A DNA stretch of 64,000 nucleotides, from the NCBI GenBank assembly GCA_965205485.1, contig OZ242180.1, positions 4,832,001 to 4,896,000 on the forward strand, written 5' to 3'. Under the pieces are notes generated by a model. The model saw only the letters and a program-made list of their open reading frames with translations. It was not told the origin of the DNA and did not search any database. Both the position numbers and the translations under genes were made by a program. The stretch comes from Candidatus Latescibacterota bacterium. GTDB lineage: Bacteria > Latescibacterota > UBA2968 > GCA-2709665. This document shows positions 1-9,294 of the stretch, piece by piece; the stretch's first letter is position 1; the number at the start of each line of letters is the position of its first letter.

Positions 1-128
1 GTTTCCTCCGGATACTGCATCGTGATCTTCTTGCCGAGCAGATGACGGAAGGTCAGCGACAGGCCCTTTGTGATTGCCGGAAGATACATTCTTTCGGTCA
101 GCGTCATTTCGTGACCGACTTTTTTCAT
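1..128 (-). CDS. nuoI: NADH-quinone oxidoreductase subunit I, 5' part (runs off window)
   Basis: Hand translation from ATG at 128: MKKVGHEMTLTERMYLPAITKGLSLTFRHLLGKKITMQYPEE, a typical NuoI N-terminus (TxQYPEE); GGAGAGGAG RBS upstream; not in the ORF track because truncated. Confidence 0.8.
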   Translation of the reverse strand, partial: MKKVGHEMTLTERMYLPAITKGLSLTFRHLLGKKITMQYPEE

Positions 129-1746
129 ATCGGCGCTCTCCTCTCCTGTTTCGGGATCGGCCCTTGCGTCTCTTGTTCGTACGTCCGGCCCACTGGGTGG
201 CGACGGTTTGCCGGATCAATGTAACCTGAATCTCGCCGGGATAGGTCATGCCCTCCCGGATGCGCTGAGCAATTTCGAAGGACAGGGCCTTGGCGTGTTC
301 GTCATCCACGCGGCCGGCATTCACCATCACCCGGATCTCCCGTCCGGCGTTGATCGCGTACGCGTCTCGAACGCCCTGGAAACCACGGGCGATATCCTCC
401 AGATCCCGCACCCTTCGAATATACCCTTCAGCGTCGTCGCGGCGGGCGCCCGGACGCGACGAGGAAATGGCGTCCGCAGCCTTGACGAGGAAAGAAATGG
501 GAGAACTGGCTTCGGCATCTCCGTGATGGTAGAGGATGGCATTTCCGACTTCCTGCCCTTCGCCGTGCTTGCGAACCAGCGCCACGCCGATGTCGGTATG
601 GGTTCCTTCCTGTTCCTGATCGACCGCTTTGCCGATGTCGTGCAACAGCCCGGCCCGCCGCGCAAGCATTTCGTCCATCCTCAGTTCCGCAGCCATCGCG
701 CCTGCCAGAAACGCCACTTCCTTGGAATGACCCAACACGCTCTGACCGTAACTCGTCCGGTATTTCAGACGTCCCAGCATCGATACGAGCTCGGAGTGCA
801 TGTTATCGATGCCCACTTCACTGACCGCTCGCCGGCCCTCCTCTTCGACAAGGGTCTCAATGCGGTCCTCGCATTCGGCCACGACCTCTTCCACGCGGCT
901 GGGGTTGATTCGCCCCTCCTTCACCAGCTGCTCCATTGCCAGCCTCGCCACGTCCCGCTTTACCGGATCGAAGCTGGAAAGCACAACGGCTTCCGGCGTG
1001 TCGTTCACAATGACCTTGACGCCGGTAGCAGCCTCGAAGGAGATGATGTTCCGCCCTTCCTTGCCGACAATCCTTCCCTTGATATCGTCGTCGGGCAGCG
1101 CCACGACCGAGATGGACGATTGCACGGTCTGGTCCGTGGAACATCGTTCAATTGCTTGCGCGATTATCTTCTTCGACTCACGTTCCGACCGCTCCCGGGC
1201 CTGATCCATGATTTCCATGCCCATCGCGGTGGCCGTATGGCGGAGATCGGTCTCGATGGTCTCCAGAAGCATTTCCCGGGCGCGGTCCACGTTCATGCCG
1301 GATATGCGTTCCAGCAGGGCGCGCTGTTCGCCCAGCACCTGTTCGAGTTCCTGTTGATTCTGATCCAGCCGTACCGCGCGCTGCCGTACGTCGCGCTCCC
1401 TGCGATTCAGATCCTTGTTTCGCTGTTTGAGGTTTTCGTACTGCTCGAGTATGCCGTTCTCTTTTTCGTTGAGGTCCTCATCCCGTCGCTCCAGTTCACG
1501 CCTCTTGCTGTCCAGTTCGCGCTCGAACGTCGTTTTAGCGTCGTACCACCTATTTTTCTCTTCGAGAAACGTGGCCCTGCGCTCCCGACCCGCCTTCTCG
1601 ACCATTTTTGAAATCCGACGCTCGGTGTGGTGTTCAATTTCCTGAATTTTGCGGGCTTTAAGCCTCGCGGACAGGAACCACCCGACAGCGAACAGGAGAA
1701 TCGCGCAAGCAATGGCAAGACCGACTGAGTATGCATCCAGTGCCAT
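1..1746 (-). CDS. rny: Ribonuclease Y (no stop codon inside the window)
   Basis: Hand translation from ATG 1746 (RBS GGGAGG): N-terminal TM helix, coiled coil, KH motif IKGRIVGKEGRNI, RTSYGQSVLGH, HD motif GLLHDIGKA, ADAISSSRPGAR, YPGEIQVTLIR. Confidence 0.95.
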   Translation of the reverse strand, partial: MALDAYSVGLAIACAILLFAVGWFLSARLKARKIQEIEHHTERRISKMVEKAGRERRATFLEEKNRWYDAKTTFERELDSKRRELERRDEDLNEKENGILEQYENLKQRNKDLNRRERDVRQRAVRLDQNQQELEQVLGEQRALLERISGMNVDRAREMLLETIETDLRHTATAMGMEIMDQARERSERESKKIIAQAIERCSTDQTVQSSISVVALPDDDIKGRIVGKEGRNIISFEAATGVKVIVNDTPEAVVLSSFDPVKRDVARLAMEQLVKEGRINPSRVEEVVAECEDRIETLVEEEGRRAVSEVGIDNMHSELVSMLGRLKYRTSYGQSVLGHSKEVAFLAGAMAAELRMDEMLARRAGLLHDIGKAVDQEQEGTHTDIGVALVRKHGEGQEVGNAILYHHGDAEASSPISFLVKAADAISSSRPGARRDDAEGYIRRVRDLEDIARGFQGVRDAYAINAGREIRVMVNAGRVDDEHAKALSFEIAQRIREGMTYPGEIQVTLIRQTVATQWAGRTNKRRKGRSRNRRGERRYEKSRSRNDADRKNVSSGNHKGPVADLPSSARQEDHDAVSGGN

Positions 1747-1768
1747 TGAAGCCTCCCGTTTTCGGTAA

Positions 1769-1930
1769 GAGGCTGTTTTAAAATTACCGGTGAGTTCCCG
1801 AGCGCGAGCGAAAAAGTGGCGGTCAAGGCGGGAAAATCCGCCCATATTTGTCTATACGGGTGGGTTTGACCAACGCTGAACGCCGCTTTTGCAGCCGCGC
1901 GAAGACCGCTGGGAATTTTAAGACAGCCTC
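1769..1930 (+). mobile_element. MITE copy 1 (IS5-like terminal inverted repeats), 162 bp
   Basis: TIRs GAGGCTGTTTTAAAATT / AATTTTAAGACAGCCTC; TAA direct repeat at 1766-1768 and 1931-1933; no transposase. Confidence 0.85.
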
Positions 1931-2038
1931 TAAGATTGAGATCCAGGTCAATCGATTGACGCACGTTTGGCTCCACAGTGAATTGTCGCTCCCGCTCCCT
2001 GAGGCGATGCGACGCCGGTTCTCCGGAATTCTCCGATA

Positions 2039-2227
2039 GAAGCTGTTTTAAAATTACCGGTGAGTTCCCGAGCGCGAGCGAAAAAGTGGCGGTCAAGGCG
2101 GGAAAATCCGCCCATATTTTAATGTATCGTGGCTGCGCGCCCCTCGCCACTCTTGGGTGGGTTTGACCAACGCCGACCGGCGCTTTTGCAGCCGCGCGAA
2201 GACCGCTGGGAATTTTAAGACAGCTTC
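2039..2227 (+). mobile_element. MITE copy 2, 189 bp
   Basis: Near-identical to copy 1 with TIRs GAAGCTG...CAGCTTC plus a central insert; no clean target duplication. Confidence 0.85.
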
Positions 2228-2408
2228 GTGAAGCCAATTGCCGCCTGTGCCCGATCAGGAACAGGCCCGCAAAGTGCAACAAAGAAAGCATAATACTCCG
2301 GTTCAACTGATCGTTCGGACAACAAAGGGAGGCATCCCACCCGGACCCCTCCCTCTCCCAATCCGGAAACGAACCGGCCGCTGCAGCAGAACGGTCCGGC
2401 TCATTTCA

Positions 2409-2732
2409 TCATACACCAAACGACTCCCCGCAGCCGCACTGATTCGTGGCATTGGGATTCGATACCTTGAAACCCGCTCCCATCAACCCGTCGTCATAAT
2501 CCAGCTCGGACCCCGCGAGATAAAGCGCGCTTTTCATGTCCACAAACACCCTGACGCCGTTGCTTTCGATGGTGTCGTCATCTTCGCCGGGACCGGTTTC
2601 AAAACCCAACTGGTACTGCAGCCCGGAACATCCGCCTCCGACCACTTTCATCCGGAGACCCGCGTCGGGAACGCCTTCCCGGTCCAGCAAATCCTTGATC
2701 TTTACCGCGGCAGCTTCGGAGACCGTAACCAT
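2409..2732 (-). CDS. A-type iron-sulfur cluster carrier (IscA/ErpA/HesB family)
   Basis: GGGCSGLQY and CGCGESF motifs; start trimmed to ATG 2732. Confidence 0.92.
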   Translation of the reverse strand: MVTVSEAAAVKIKDLLDREGVPDAGLRMKVVGGGCSGLQYQLGFETGPGEDDDTIESNGVRVFVDMKSALYLAGSELDYDDGLMGAGFKVSNPNATNQCGCGESFGV

Positions 2733-2935
2733 TGTGCCCTCGATATTTTCGGGATCCTTAACTGTCCGTTGAGAAAGGCGCTCTGCAGGCGAGGCCGAGC
2801 CATTGTGGTCGAAGACAAGGCGCGCGACCGAGTCCCATCCTGCGATTCGGCGAGGGAGCGCAACGCAGTATTTCGACCGCAAGGGCCGGCCGTAGCCCGG
2901 ATGGGCTTTTTCAACGGGCTGTTAAACGCCGCCGA

Positions 2936-3412
2936 TCAGCCGATAGAGGAGAGACAGCGCTTTACGGCGTCGAAATCGGGAAGTACCGTAGCGTCTTCAG
3001 ATACCTCCGCGTACCGCACGATCCCTTCCCGGTCTACGACGAACGCCGCGCGTTTCGCGACGCCCCTGAAACCCAGAAGATCCTGATATTGAGCTCCGTA
3101 GGCGGCGCTCACCTCTTTGTTGAAATCGCTCAGCAGCGGAAATGAAATATTGTTCTCGTCCGCCCAGGCTTCCTGGGCGAAGGGGCTGTCCACACTGACT
3201 CCCAGCACCTGCGCGTTCAGATCGTCGTATTCGGACAGGCCGCCACTCACCGAACACATTTCATCCGTACAGACCGACGTATACGCAAGTGGAAAAAACA
3301 GCAGCACGACGTTCTTTTCGCCTCTGAAACCGCTTAGTGCCACGTCCTCGAGGTCGCCGCGCTTGCTCTTCAGGGTGAAGTCGGGCGCCTGATCGCCTAC
3401 ATTGACACTCAT
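2936..3412 (-). CDS. Peroxiredoxin (AhpC/TSA, AhpE-like)
   Basis: VGDQAPDFTL, FFPLAYTSVC (PxxxTxxC), LLSDFN. Confidence 0.92.
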   Translation of the reverse strand: MSVNVGDQAPDFTLKSKRGDLEDVALSGFRGEKNVVLLFFPLAYTSVCTDEMCSVSGGLSEYDDLNAQVLGVSVDSPFAQEAWADENNISFPLLSDFNKEVSAAYGAQYQDLLGFRGVAKRAAFVVDREGIVRYAEVSEDATVLPDFDAVKRCLSSIG

Positions 3413-3511
3413 GGAATGATCCTTTCTTGTAATTCCAGCATGCCGGCCGGAAATCCGATCCGAAAAAACAACGGCGGACGCTGTATTGGCATGCGCTGAC
3501 GGCGCGCCCGG

Positions 3512-4126
3512 TCAGGAAGTTGCAGCGGCGAATCGGGCCGCCACCGCGTCCCAGTCGATCACGTTTCCCCACGCCTGGATATAATCGGGTCGCCGGTTCT
3601 GATAATTCAGGTAATAAGCGTGCTCCCAGACGTCCAGTCCGAGTATCGGCGTACCGTCGCCGGACATCAGCGGGCTGTCCTGGTTCGGGGTACTGAGAAT
3701 CGCCAGACCGCCGTCCTTCACGACAACCCATGCCCAACCGCTGCCGAAACGGGTCGTTGCCGCCTGGACGAACTCGTCGCGCGCCGCGTCGAGGCTGCCG
3801 AACGCATCGTCGATCGCATCGGCCAGGTCACCGGAGGGCTCGCCGCCCCCGTTCGGGGACATCACGGTCCAGAACAGGCTGTGATTGGCATGGCCGCCGC
3901 CATTGTTCCGGACCGCGGTACGGATTGCCTCCGGAACGCCATCGAGATTGCTGACGAGATCCTCGACACTCTGGTCGGCCAGGTCGGCGTGTCCGTCGAG
4001 TGCGTTGTTCAGGTTCGTGATATACGTATTGTGGTGCCTGCTATGGTGAATTTCCATAGTGCGGGCGTCTATATGGGGCTCGAGAGCATCGTAACCGTAC
4101 GGCAGATCGGGAAGTGAATAAGCCAT
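3512..4126 (-). CDS. sodA: Mn-type superoxide dismutase
   Basis: [32 protein letters not shown]. Confidence 0.95.
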   Translation of the reverse strand: MAYSLPDLPYGYDALEPHIDARTMEIHHSRHHNTYITNLNNALDGHADLADQSVEDLVSNLDGVPEAIRTAVRNNGGGHANHSLFWTVMSPNGGGEPSGDLADAIDDAFGSLDAARDEFVQAATTRFGSGWAWVVVKDGGLAILSTPNQDSPLMSGDGTPILGLDVWEHAYYLNYQNRRPDYIQAWGNVIDWDAVAARFAAATS

Positions 4127-4197
4127 TGAGTACACTCCTTACGTTAATTGAGGATGGGATACAGAACCGGACGCTTCGGTAATACGTCCAAGACAAA

Positions 4198-4226
4198 AAT
4201 ATAACGAAGTAGAGGCACGTCGTCAA
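4198..4226 (-). promoter_or_regulatory. Sigma-70 promoter for sodA cluster
   Basis: TTGACG-N17-TATATT on minus strand. Confidence 0.65.
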
Positions 4227-4266
4227 GCGATTTCAATCCCCCCTTACTTATAGCAAAAACTTACAC

Positions 4267-5148
4267 TTATCGTATTTCCTGAACCGCCCGGCGTTCGGTT
4301 TCCACGACAATATTGTCGATGAGCCGGGATTCGCCGAACCGGACCGCCGCTGCCAGCAGCACTCTGTCTCCAAGCGCTTCGACGGGCCGGAAATCCTCCG
4401 CATCGACCGCCGCAATGTAATCGACCTCCACACCCGGGCCCAGAGTCACGCGGCGGCGCATGGCGTCGATGACCGCCGACGCGCGTCTTTCACCCTCCTG
4501 TACGAGATCTCTACCTTCCTGCAGGGCGCTGTAAAGCACCGTGGCACAACGCCGATGGCGGGGCGTCATGTAACGGTTGCGGGAACTCTTGGCCAACCCG
4601 TCCGCCTCTCTCACCGTTGGCGCGATCATGACTTCCACGTCCAGATTCAGGTCGGCGACAATCCTGCGGACAACGCCCGTCTGCTGGGCGTCTTTCTGAC
4701 CGAATATGGCCACGTGCGGTTTGACGGCTGTGAGGAGTTTGGTCACCACCGTGGCCACGCCCCGGAAATGACCGGGTCGGGACGCTCCGCACAGATGGTC
4801 AGCCAGTCGTTCCACCTCCAGATACGTCGCGTAGCCGTCCGGGTACATTTCCGCTGTCGACGGCGCATAGACCAGGTCGCCTCCCTCCGAGTGGACCATT
4901 GCCAGGTCCCGTTCGAAATCGCGAGGATACGTCTCGAAATCCTCGCCGGGTCCGAACTGTGCGGGATTGACGAAGACGCTCACGACCGTCCGGTCGGTCA
5001 CCCGCCCGATCTGGCGCATCAGGCTGGCATGACCCTCGTGGAGATACCCCATGGTAGGTACCAGCCCGATCCGGAGTCCGTCCATTCTCATCCGGTCCGC
5101 AACCCGATGCATGTCCCGCACATGCCGAACGACCCTGACAGGTTCCAT
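4267..5148 (-). CDS. panC: Pantoate--beta-alanine ligase
   Basis: VPTMGYLHEGH, FVNPAQF, FGQKDAQQ, GLAKSSRN, RLIDN. Confidence 0.96.
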   Translation of the reverse strand: MEPVRVVRHVRDMHRVADRMRMDGLRIGLVPTMGYLHEGHASLMRQIGRVTDRTVVSVFVNPAQFGPGEDFETYPRDFERDLAMVHSEGGDLVYAPSTAEMYPDGYATYLEVERLADHLCGASRPGHFRGVATVVTKLLTAVKPHVAIFGQKDAQQTGVVRRIVADLNLDVEVMIAPTVREADGLAKSSRNRYMTPRHRRCATVLYSALQEGRDLVQEGERRASAVIDAMRRRVTLGPGVEVDYIAAVDAEDFRPVEALGDRVLLAAAVRFGESRLIDNIVVETERRAVQEIR

Positions 5149-5236
5149 TCTCTTCCCGGACGCCCTTTCTGAAACAAAAACGCAGGACGGGAGATCCCCG
5201 CCCCACGGTACTGTTCCTCAAAGGCGGACCTCGAGT

Positions 5237-6079
5237 CTACTCTTCCGCGAGCGCCTTGAACTTCCGCAACTCTTCGTTCCGGATACGATAGCGATGCTCC
5301 TCGGCCGGATACCGCTTTTCCTTCACATCGGTAACGTACCTCGCAAAGGCATTGCGGATGGTGCCTCCGAGTTCCGCGTACCGTTTGGAATACCTGAATG
5401 AAAAGTCATTGAGACCCAACAGGTCCGGCGCCACCAGCACCTGGCCGTCGCACCGTCGACCCGACCCGATGCCGATCGTAGGGATGCGCAACGCGCGAGA
5501 AACAACGCCGGCCACCTGTTCGGGAACGCATTCGAGCACCACGGCTGACGCCCCCGCGGCCTCCAGCGCGAGCGCTCCCGCGAGAACACGGGCAGCCTCG
5601 TCGGCGCGGTCGCCGTAGACATGCCTGTTTCCCTTCCAGGTCTGCGGCAAATGACCCACGTGGCCGACGACCGGGATGCCGTCCGCCGTGATCGCGCCGA
5701 TCCTTCCCGCCACTTCCCCGGCGCCTTCGAGCTTGACCATATCGGCCCCCGCGTCCGCGAGTTGCCGGGCGTTGACGACCGCCTGGGCGTCCGTCTCATA
5801 GGACCGGTAAGGCAGGTCCGCCAGCAGGATCGAATTCCGGACGCCCCGACTGACGGCGCGGGTGTGGTGCAGCATATCCTCCATCGTTACCTGCTGGGGG
5901 CTTTCGTATCCAAGTATGTTAATCCCCACCGAATCGCCGACCAGGATGACATCCACCTGCGACGCATCCTGCAGGACGGCGGTGGGAAAATCGTAACACG
6001 TCAGCATGGCGATCGGTTCGCCCCGCCGCTTCATCTCCGGAAGAACGCCGGTGGCGGTACGTGATTCCTCTTCGGACAC
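5237..6079 (-). CDS. panB: 3-methyl-2-oxobutanoate hydroxymethyltransferase
   Basis: MLTCYD, ILVGDS, VKLEG, IPTIGIGSG, DGQVLV. Confidence 0.95.
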   Translation of the reverse strand: MSEEESRTATGVLPEMKRRGEPIAMLTCYDFPTAVLQDASQVDVILVGDSVGINILGYESPQQVTMEDMLHHTRAVSRGVRNSILLADLPYRSYETDAQAVVNARQLADAGADMVKLEGAGEVAGRIGAITADGIPVVGHVGHLPQTWKGNRHVYGDRADEAARVLAGALALEAAGASAVVLECVPEQVAGVVSRALRIPTIGIGSGRRCDGQVLVAPDLLGLNDFSFRYSKRYAELGGTIRNAFARYVTDVKEKRYPAEEHRYRIRNEELRKFKALAEE

Positions 6080-6128
6080 CTCTTTAACTTCCTTTCCTGC
6101 GTATCCGTTTTCAACGCGCGTTCAGTGA

Positions 6129-6770
6129 TCAGGCCTCGATCTGTGAGGGACGATAGTAGCGGGTGCCGGCGGGCGGCGCCTTCACCTGCTGCAGCAGTTC
6201 CTCCAGGCCCTCCGGATGCCGTACGAAGTCGACCTGAGACACATTGATGATGAGCAAAGGCGACTCGGAATAGTGAAAGAAGAAATGAGTGTACGCCTCA
6301 ACGAGCCTGGCCATGTACGATTCAGTCATCAGCCGTTCGTACGAGGGCGGCTGTCTGCGAATCCGCTGCAGGAGACTTTCGGTTGAATTGTGGAGGTAGA
6401 TGACCAGATCGGGATTCGGCACTTTTTCATCGAGCGTCTCCGCCATACGCTCGTAAAGGGAAAGTTCGGCGTCGTTAAGGCACACATGGGCGTATATCCC
6501 GCTTCTGGCGAACAGATAGTTGCTGACCACCGTGGATTCGAACAGGTCCATCTGATGAAGGTCCTGTTGCTGCCGGTACCGGTGCAGCATGAAGAACACC
6601 TGCGTCTGGAATCCGTAATGCTCCGGATTTTCGTAGAACAGGGGCAGAAAGGGGTTCTCCTCCGCTTCCTCCAGGACCAGACGGGCCTTCATCGACCTTC
6701 CGAGGAGGCGCGCAAGCTCGGTCTTGCCCACGCAAGGGGGGCCTTCGATCGCGAGGTAACGTACGGCCAC
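6129..6770 (-). CDS. Deoxynucleoside kinase
   Basis: IEGPPCVGKT P-loop, ENPFLPLFY, PDLVIYL; probable GTG start at 6770. Confidence 0.88.
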   Translation of the reverse strand: MAVRYLAIEGPPCVGKTELARLLGRSMKARLVLEEAEENPFLPLFYENPEHYGFQTQVFFMLHRYRQQQDLHQMDLFESTVVSNYLFARSGIYAHVCLNDAELSLYERMAETLDEKVPNPDLVIYLHNSTESLLQRIRRQPPSYERLMTESYMARLVEAYTHFFFHYSESPLLIINVSQVDFVRHPEGLEELLQQVKAPPAGTRYYRPSQIEA

Positions 6771-6781
6771 GAAATACGCCC

Positions 6782-7294
6782 TTATGTGCGAACCGACAGC
6801 AGCGAAAGGCCGTCCAGCTTTCGTACTTCCTGGGTCGGAACGACCGATTCCGCCAATTCCGAAAAGGTCTTGTTGAACAACGGATGGTGTCCACGGGGCG
6901 CCAACTCGCACAGCGGAACCAGTACGAAAGCCCGCTCGTGCAACCTCGGATGTGGAATCTCCAGCCCTCGACCTCGAATGATCTCATTCTCGTAAAGGAG
7001 GATATCCAGGTCCAGCAGCCGAGGCCCCCACCTCTGTCTGCGGACCCTTCCAAACCTTCTTTCGACCGCGAGCAGGCATTCCAGCAGAGAACGCGGGCTT
7101 AGGTCTGTTTCCGCCGACAGCACCGCATTCAGGAACATCGGCTGCGCCGTCATCCCGACCGGCGCAGTCTCGTAGACCGGGGAGGCGGCCTTCACTTCGA
7201 GATTATCGTGCTCGTCGAGCGCGGCAGCGGCCCGGCGCAACACACCTGCGCGGTCGTCCAGGTTCGCCCCCATACCGATGTAGGAGAGCGCCAT
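6782..7294 (-). CDS. folK: 6-hydroxymethyl-dihydropterin pyrophosphokinase
   Basis: YIGMGANL, FLNAV, RWGPRLLDLDIL, IPHPRLHERAFVL. Confidence 0.96.
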   Translation of the reverse strand: MALSYIGMGANLDDRAGVLRRAAAALDEHDNLEVKAASPVYETAPVGMTAQPMFLNAVLSAETDLSPRSLLECLLAVERRFGRVRRQRWGPRLLDLDILLYENEIIRGRGLEIPHPRLHERAFVLVPLCELAPRGHHPLFNKTFSELAESVVPTQEVRKLDGLSLLSVRT

Positions 7295-7297
7295 TTG

Positions 7298-7654
7298 TCA
7301 TCCCCGCTCCACTTCGACTTCGACGCCGTCGAATACCGCCGGTATGGGCGGATCGGGCTTGCGCACCCGGACCCGCAGACGCTTCAGATGGAAGCTCGAC
7401 TGCAGGACCTCCGCGATACGGTCGGCAAGCGACTCCACGAGTCCGAAACGCTCGGCCGTAACGACCGCCTTCGTCGCTTCGTAGATCCGCGCGTAGTCCA
7501 GGGCGCCGGCGTCGTCTTTCCGGGCATAGCCGCGGAAGTCCGAGAAGACCTCGACGTCCACTTCAAACCACTGCCCCAGTTTCGCCTCTTCGGGAAACAG
7601 CCCATGGTAGGCGTAAAACCTCATGTTTCTAAGGCGCAACACGTCGTTTCCCAT
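7298..7654 (-). CDS. folB: Dihydroneopterin aldolase
   Basis: FYAYHG..EE..LGQxF, LDY, VRKP; start trimmed to ATG 7654. Confidence 0.93.
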   Translation of the reverse strand: MGNDVLRLRNMRFYAYHGLFPEEAKLGQWFEVDVEVFSDFRGYARKDDAGALDYARIYEATKAVVTAERFGLVESLADRIAEVLQSSFHLKRLRVRVRKPDPPIPAVFDGVEVEVERG

Positions 7655-7747
7655 GGCCGGTCTCTGACGAATCCCTGGCAGCCTTTCCTGCCTCGAATTG
7701 ATACCGCCGCCGTCGCGGACGCACGACACCCCTCCTTTGTGGATATC

Positions 7748-7776
7748 AATATAAATGAACAAATGTGCAGAGTCAA
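7748..7776 (-). promoter_or_regulatory. Sigma-70 promoter for folB-folK-dNK-panBC
   Basis: TTGACT-N17-TATATT on minus strand. Confidence 0.65.
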
Positions 7777-7893
7777 CAACGCTATGGATTCCGGCAGGAG
7801 AACACCGGCCGGGACGCAACGGTTTCTTGTGGCAGAAAGCCCTTGACATCGCCAATTCGCGCCCGTATTGTAACTGGCGTCGGAACGGGTCGG

Positions 7894-8955
7894 CTACCGT
7901 CTATAAAAGGGCAGCTCGACCACCTCGGCGCGGCCTCCGCCGTCTACGGACAGAGACAGGCCGGGCCGTTCATATCCCCTGCGGACGGACGCAAGCGATA
8001 CCACCCGTCCCAGGGCGGGCGAACGGACGCCGCTTGTCGTCCATCCGATCTGTTTTTCACCGTCTCGCAGCGGTGTTTCCGCGGGCGGAACCGTATCCGC
8101 CTCCAGGTGTAAACCAACCAGATACCGTCTGGGTTTGCCCAGGTTGTGCATCTTGGCGATCGTTTCCTGACCGATAAAACATCCCTTCGCAAAATCGACG
8201 GCGTGGTGAAGGCCGGCTTCGAGCGGCACGACCCTTTCGTCCAGGTCGACGCCGTAACGCGGAATGCCGGACTCGATTCGTAACGCCTCCATGGCCCGGG
8301 TACCCACGGGACGGGCCCCCGCGGAAGTCAGCACGTTCCAGAGGCGGAGCGCATGGTCCGCCCGGATCCGCAGGTCATAGCCCGCCTCTCCCAAATAGGA
8401 GCGCGCGGTAACGGACACGACCTCCCGTCCCAGGTTCCGGACGACGGTATGGCAATCCGCAAGATCGGTGGACACTGCGCCCAGCACCCGTTCGATCAGC
8501 GCGCGGGAGCCGGGGCCGTGTACTCCGAACGTCGACTCGACTCCGGTTACGTCCGTGATACGGACGTCATCCGCAATCAGGTATTTGTCCAGGGACGCCA
8601 TCAGTTTCACCTGCAGTCCCGGCTCCGTCTCCAGCAGGAACCCTTCCGCGCGGTGATAGACCCATACGTCCGACAACGTCTGGCCCCGTGGCGTGGTCAT
8701 CGTTGCGTAATTTCCCGCTCCGGTTTCCAGCCCTTCCACCGTATTGCTCAACATCCCGTGCAGGAAACGCGCGCGGTCCGGGCCCGTAACCAGCAGGTGA
8801 CCCCTTTCGCTCCGATCAACCAGACCCGCGGCTTCTCGAACCGTCGCATACTCGGAATCGGCGTCGCCGTAGTGTGCGGCCGCCTCCCGGCCGTCGTTCC
8901 GTTCGAATGCGGCGCCCGCGGCCAGCTTGGCTGCCCGCAGCGTTGAGACCGTCAT
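7894..8955 (-). CDS. Folate-binding GcvT/YgfZ-family protein
   Basis: GLVDRSERG, LRIESG, KGCFIGQE (YgfZ signature). Confidence 0.88.
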   Translation of the reverse strand: MTVSTLRAAKLAAGAAFERNDGREAAAHYGDADSEYATVREAAGLVDRSERGHLLVTGPDRARFLHGMLSNTVEGLETGAGNYATMTTPRGQTLSDVWVYHRAEGFLLETEPGLQVKLMASLDKYLIADDVRITDVTGVESTFGVHGPGSRALIERVLGAVSTDLADCHTVVRNLGREVVSVTARSYLGEAGYDLRIRADHALRLWNVLTSAGARPVGTRAMEALRIESGIPRYGVDLDERVVPLEAGLHHAVDFAKGCFIGQETIAKMHNLGKPRRYLVGLHLEADTVPPAETPLRDGEKQIGWTTSGVRSPALGRVVSLASVRRGYERPGLSLSVDGGGRAEVVELPFYRR

Positions 8956-9006
8956 TGTCCGACCTCCTCATTTAACTCATCAAATGACACGCACGCGTCA
9001 CGTTGA

Positions 9007-9035
9007 AACTTATTTTGTACCCCGCTTCGTGTCAA
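9007..9035 (-). promoter_or_regulatory. Sigma-70 promoter for YgfZ-family gene
   Basis: TTGACA-N17-TAAGTT on minus strand. Confidence 0.5.
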
Positions 9036-9077
9036 GAAAAACCGCTTTTCTGACAACGACCAGGCGCGGTACACTTA

Positions 9078-9266
9078 GAAGCTGTCTTAAAATTCCCAGC
9101 GGTCTTCGCGCGGCTGCAAACGCGCCGGTCGGCGTTGGTCAAACCCACCCAAGAGTGGCGAGGGGCGCGCAGCCACGATACATTGGTATATGGGCGGATT
9201 CTCCCGCCTTGACCGCCACTTTTTCGCTCGCGCTCGGGAACTCGCCGGTAATTTTAAAACAACTTC
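9078..9266 (-). mobile_element. MITE copy 3, 189 bp
   Basis: Reverse complement of copy 2 with few substitutions; TTA direct repeat at 9075-9077 and 9267-9269. Confidence 0.87.
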
Positions 9267-9294
9267 TTACACGCCGCCCCGCGGGAAATCCGAT

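Noticed and set aside
208..1611. 467-aa plus-strand ORF
   Set aside because: Antisense shadow of rny; no recognisable motifs
1769..2227. Tandem repeats as a CRISPR array
   Set aside because: Units are 162-189 bp with TIRs and are dispersed; no 25-45 bp repeat-spacer periodicity and no cas genes
1407..2306. 299-aa ORF with an internal repeated peptide (CLKIPSGLRAAAKA...)
   Set aside because: The repeat is translation through two MITE copies, and the rest overlaps rny out of frame
1934..2400. 6S RNA or riboswitch upstream of rny
   Set aside because: 6S RNA often lies near rny, but I could not recognise its motifs or fold here; an Rfam scan would decide
9230..9266. Outward-facing promoter in the MITE end
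   Set aside because: TTGACC and the AT-rich TIR are not at 16-18 nt spacing
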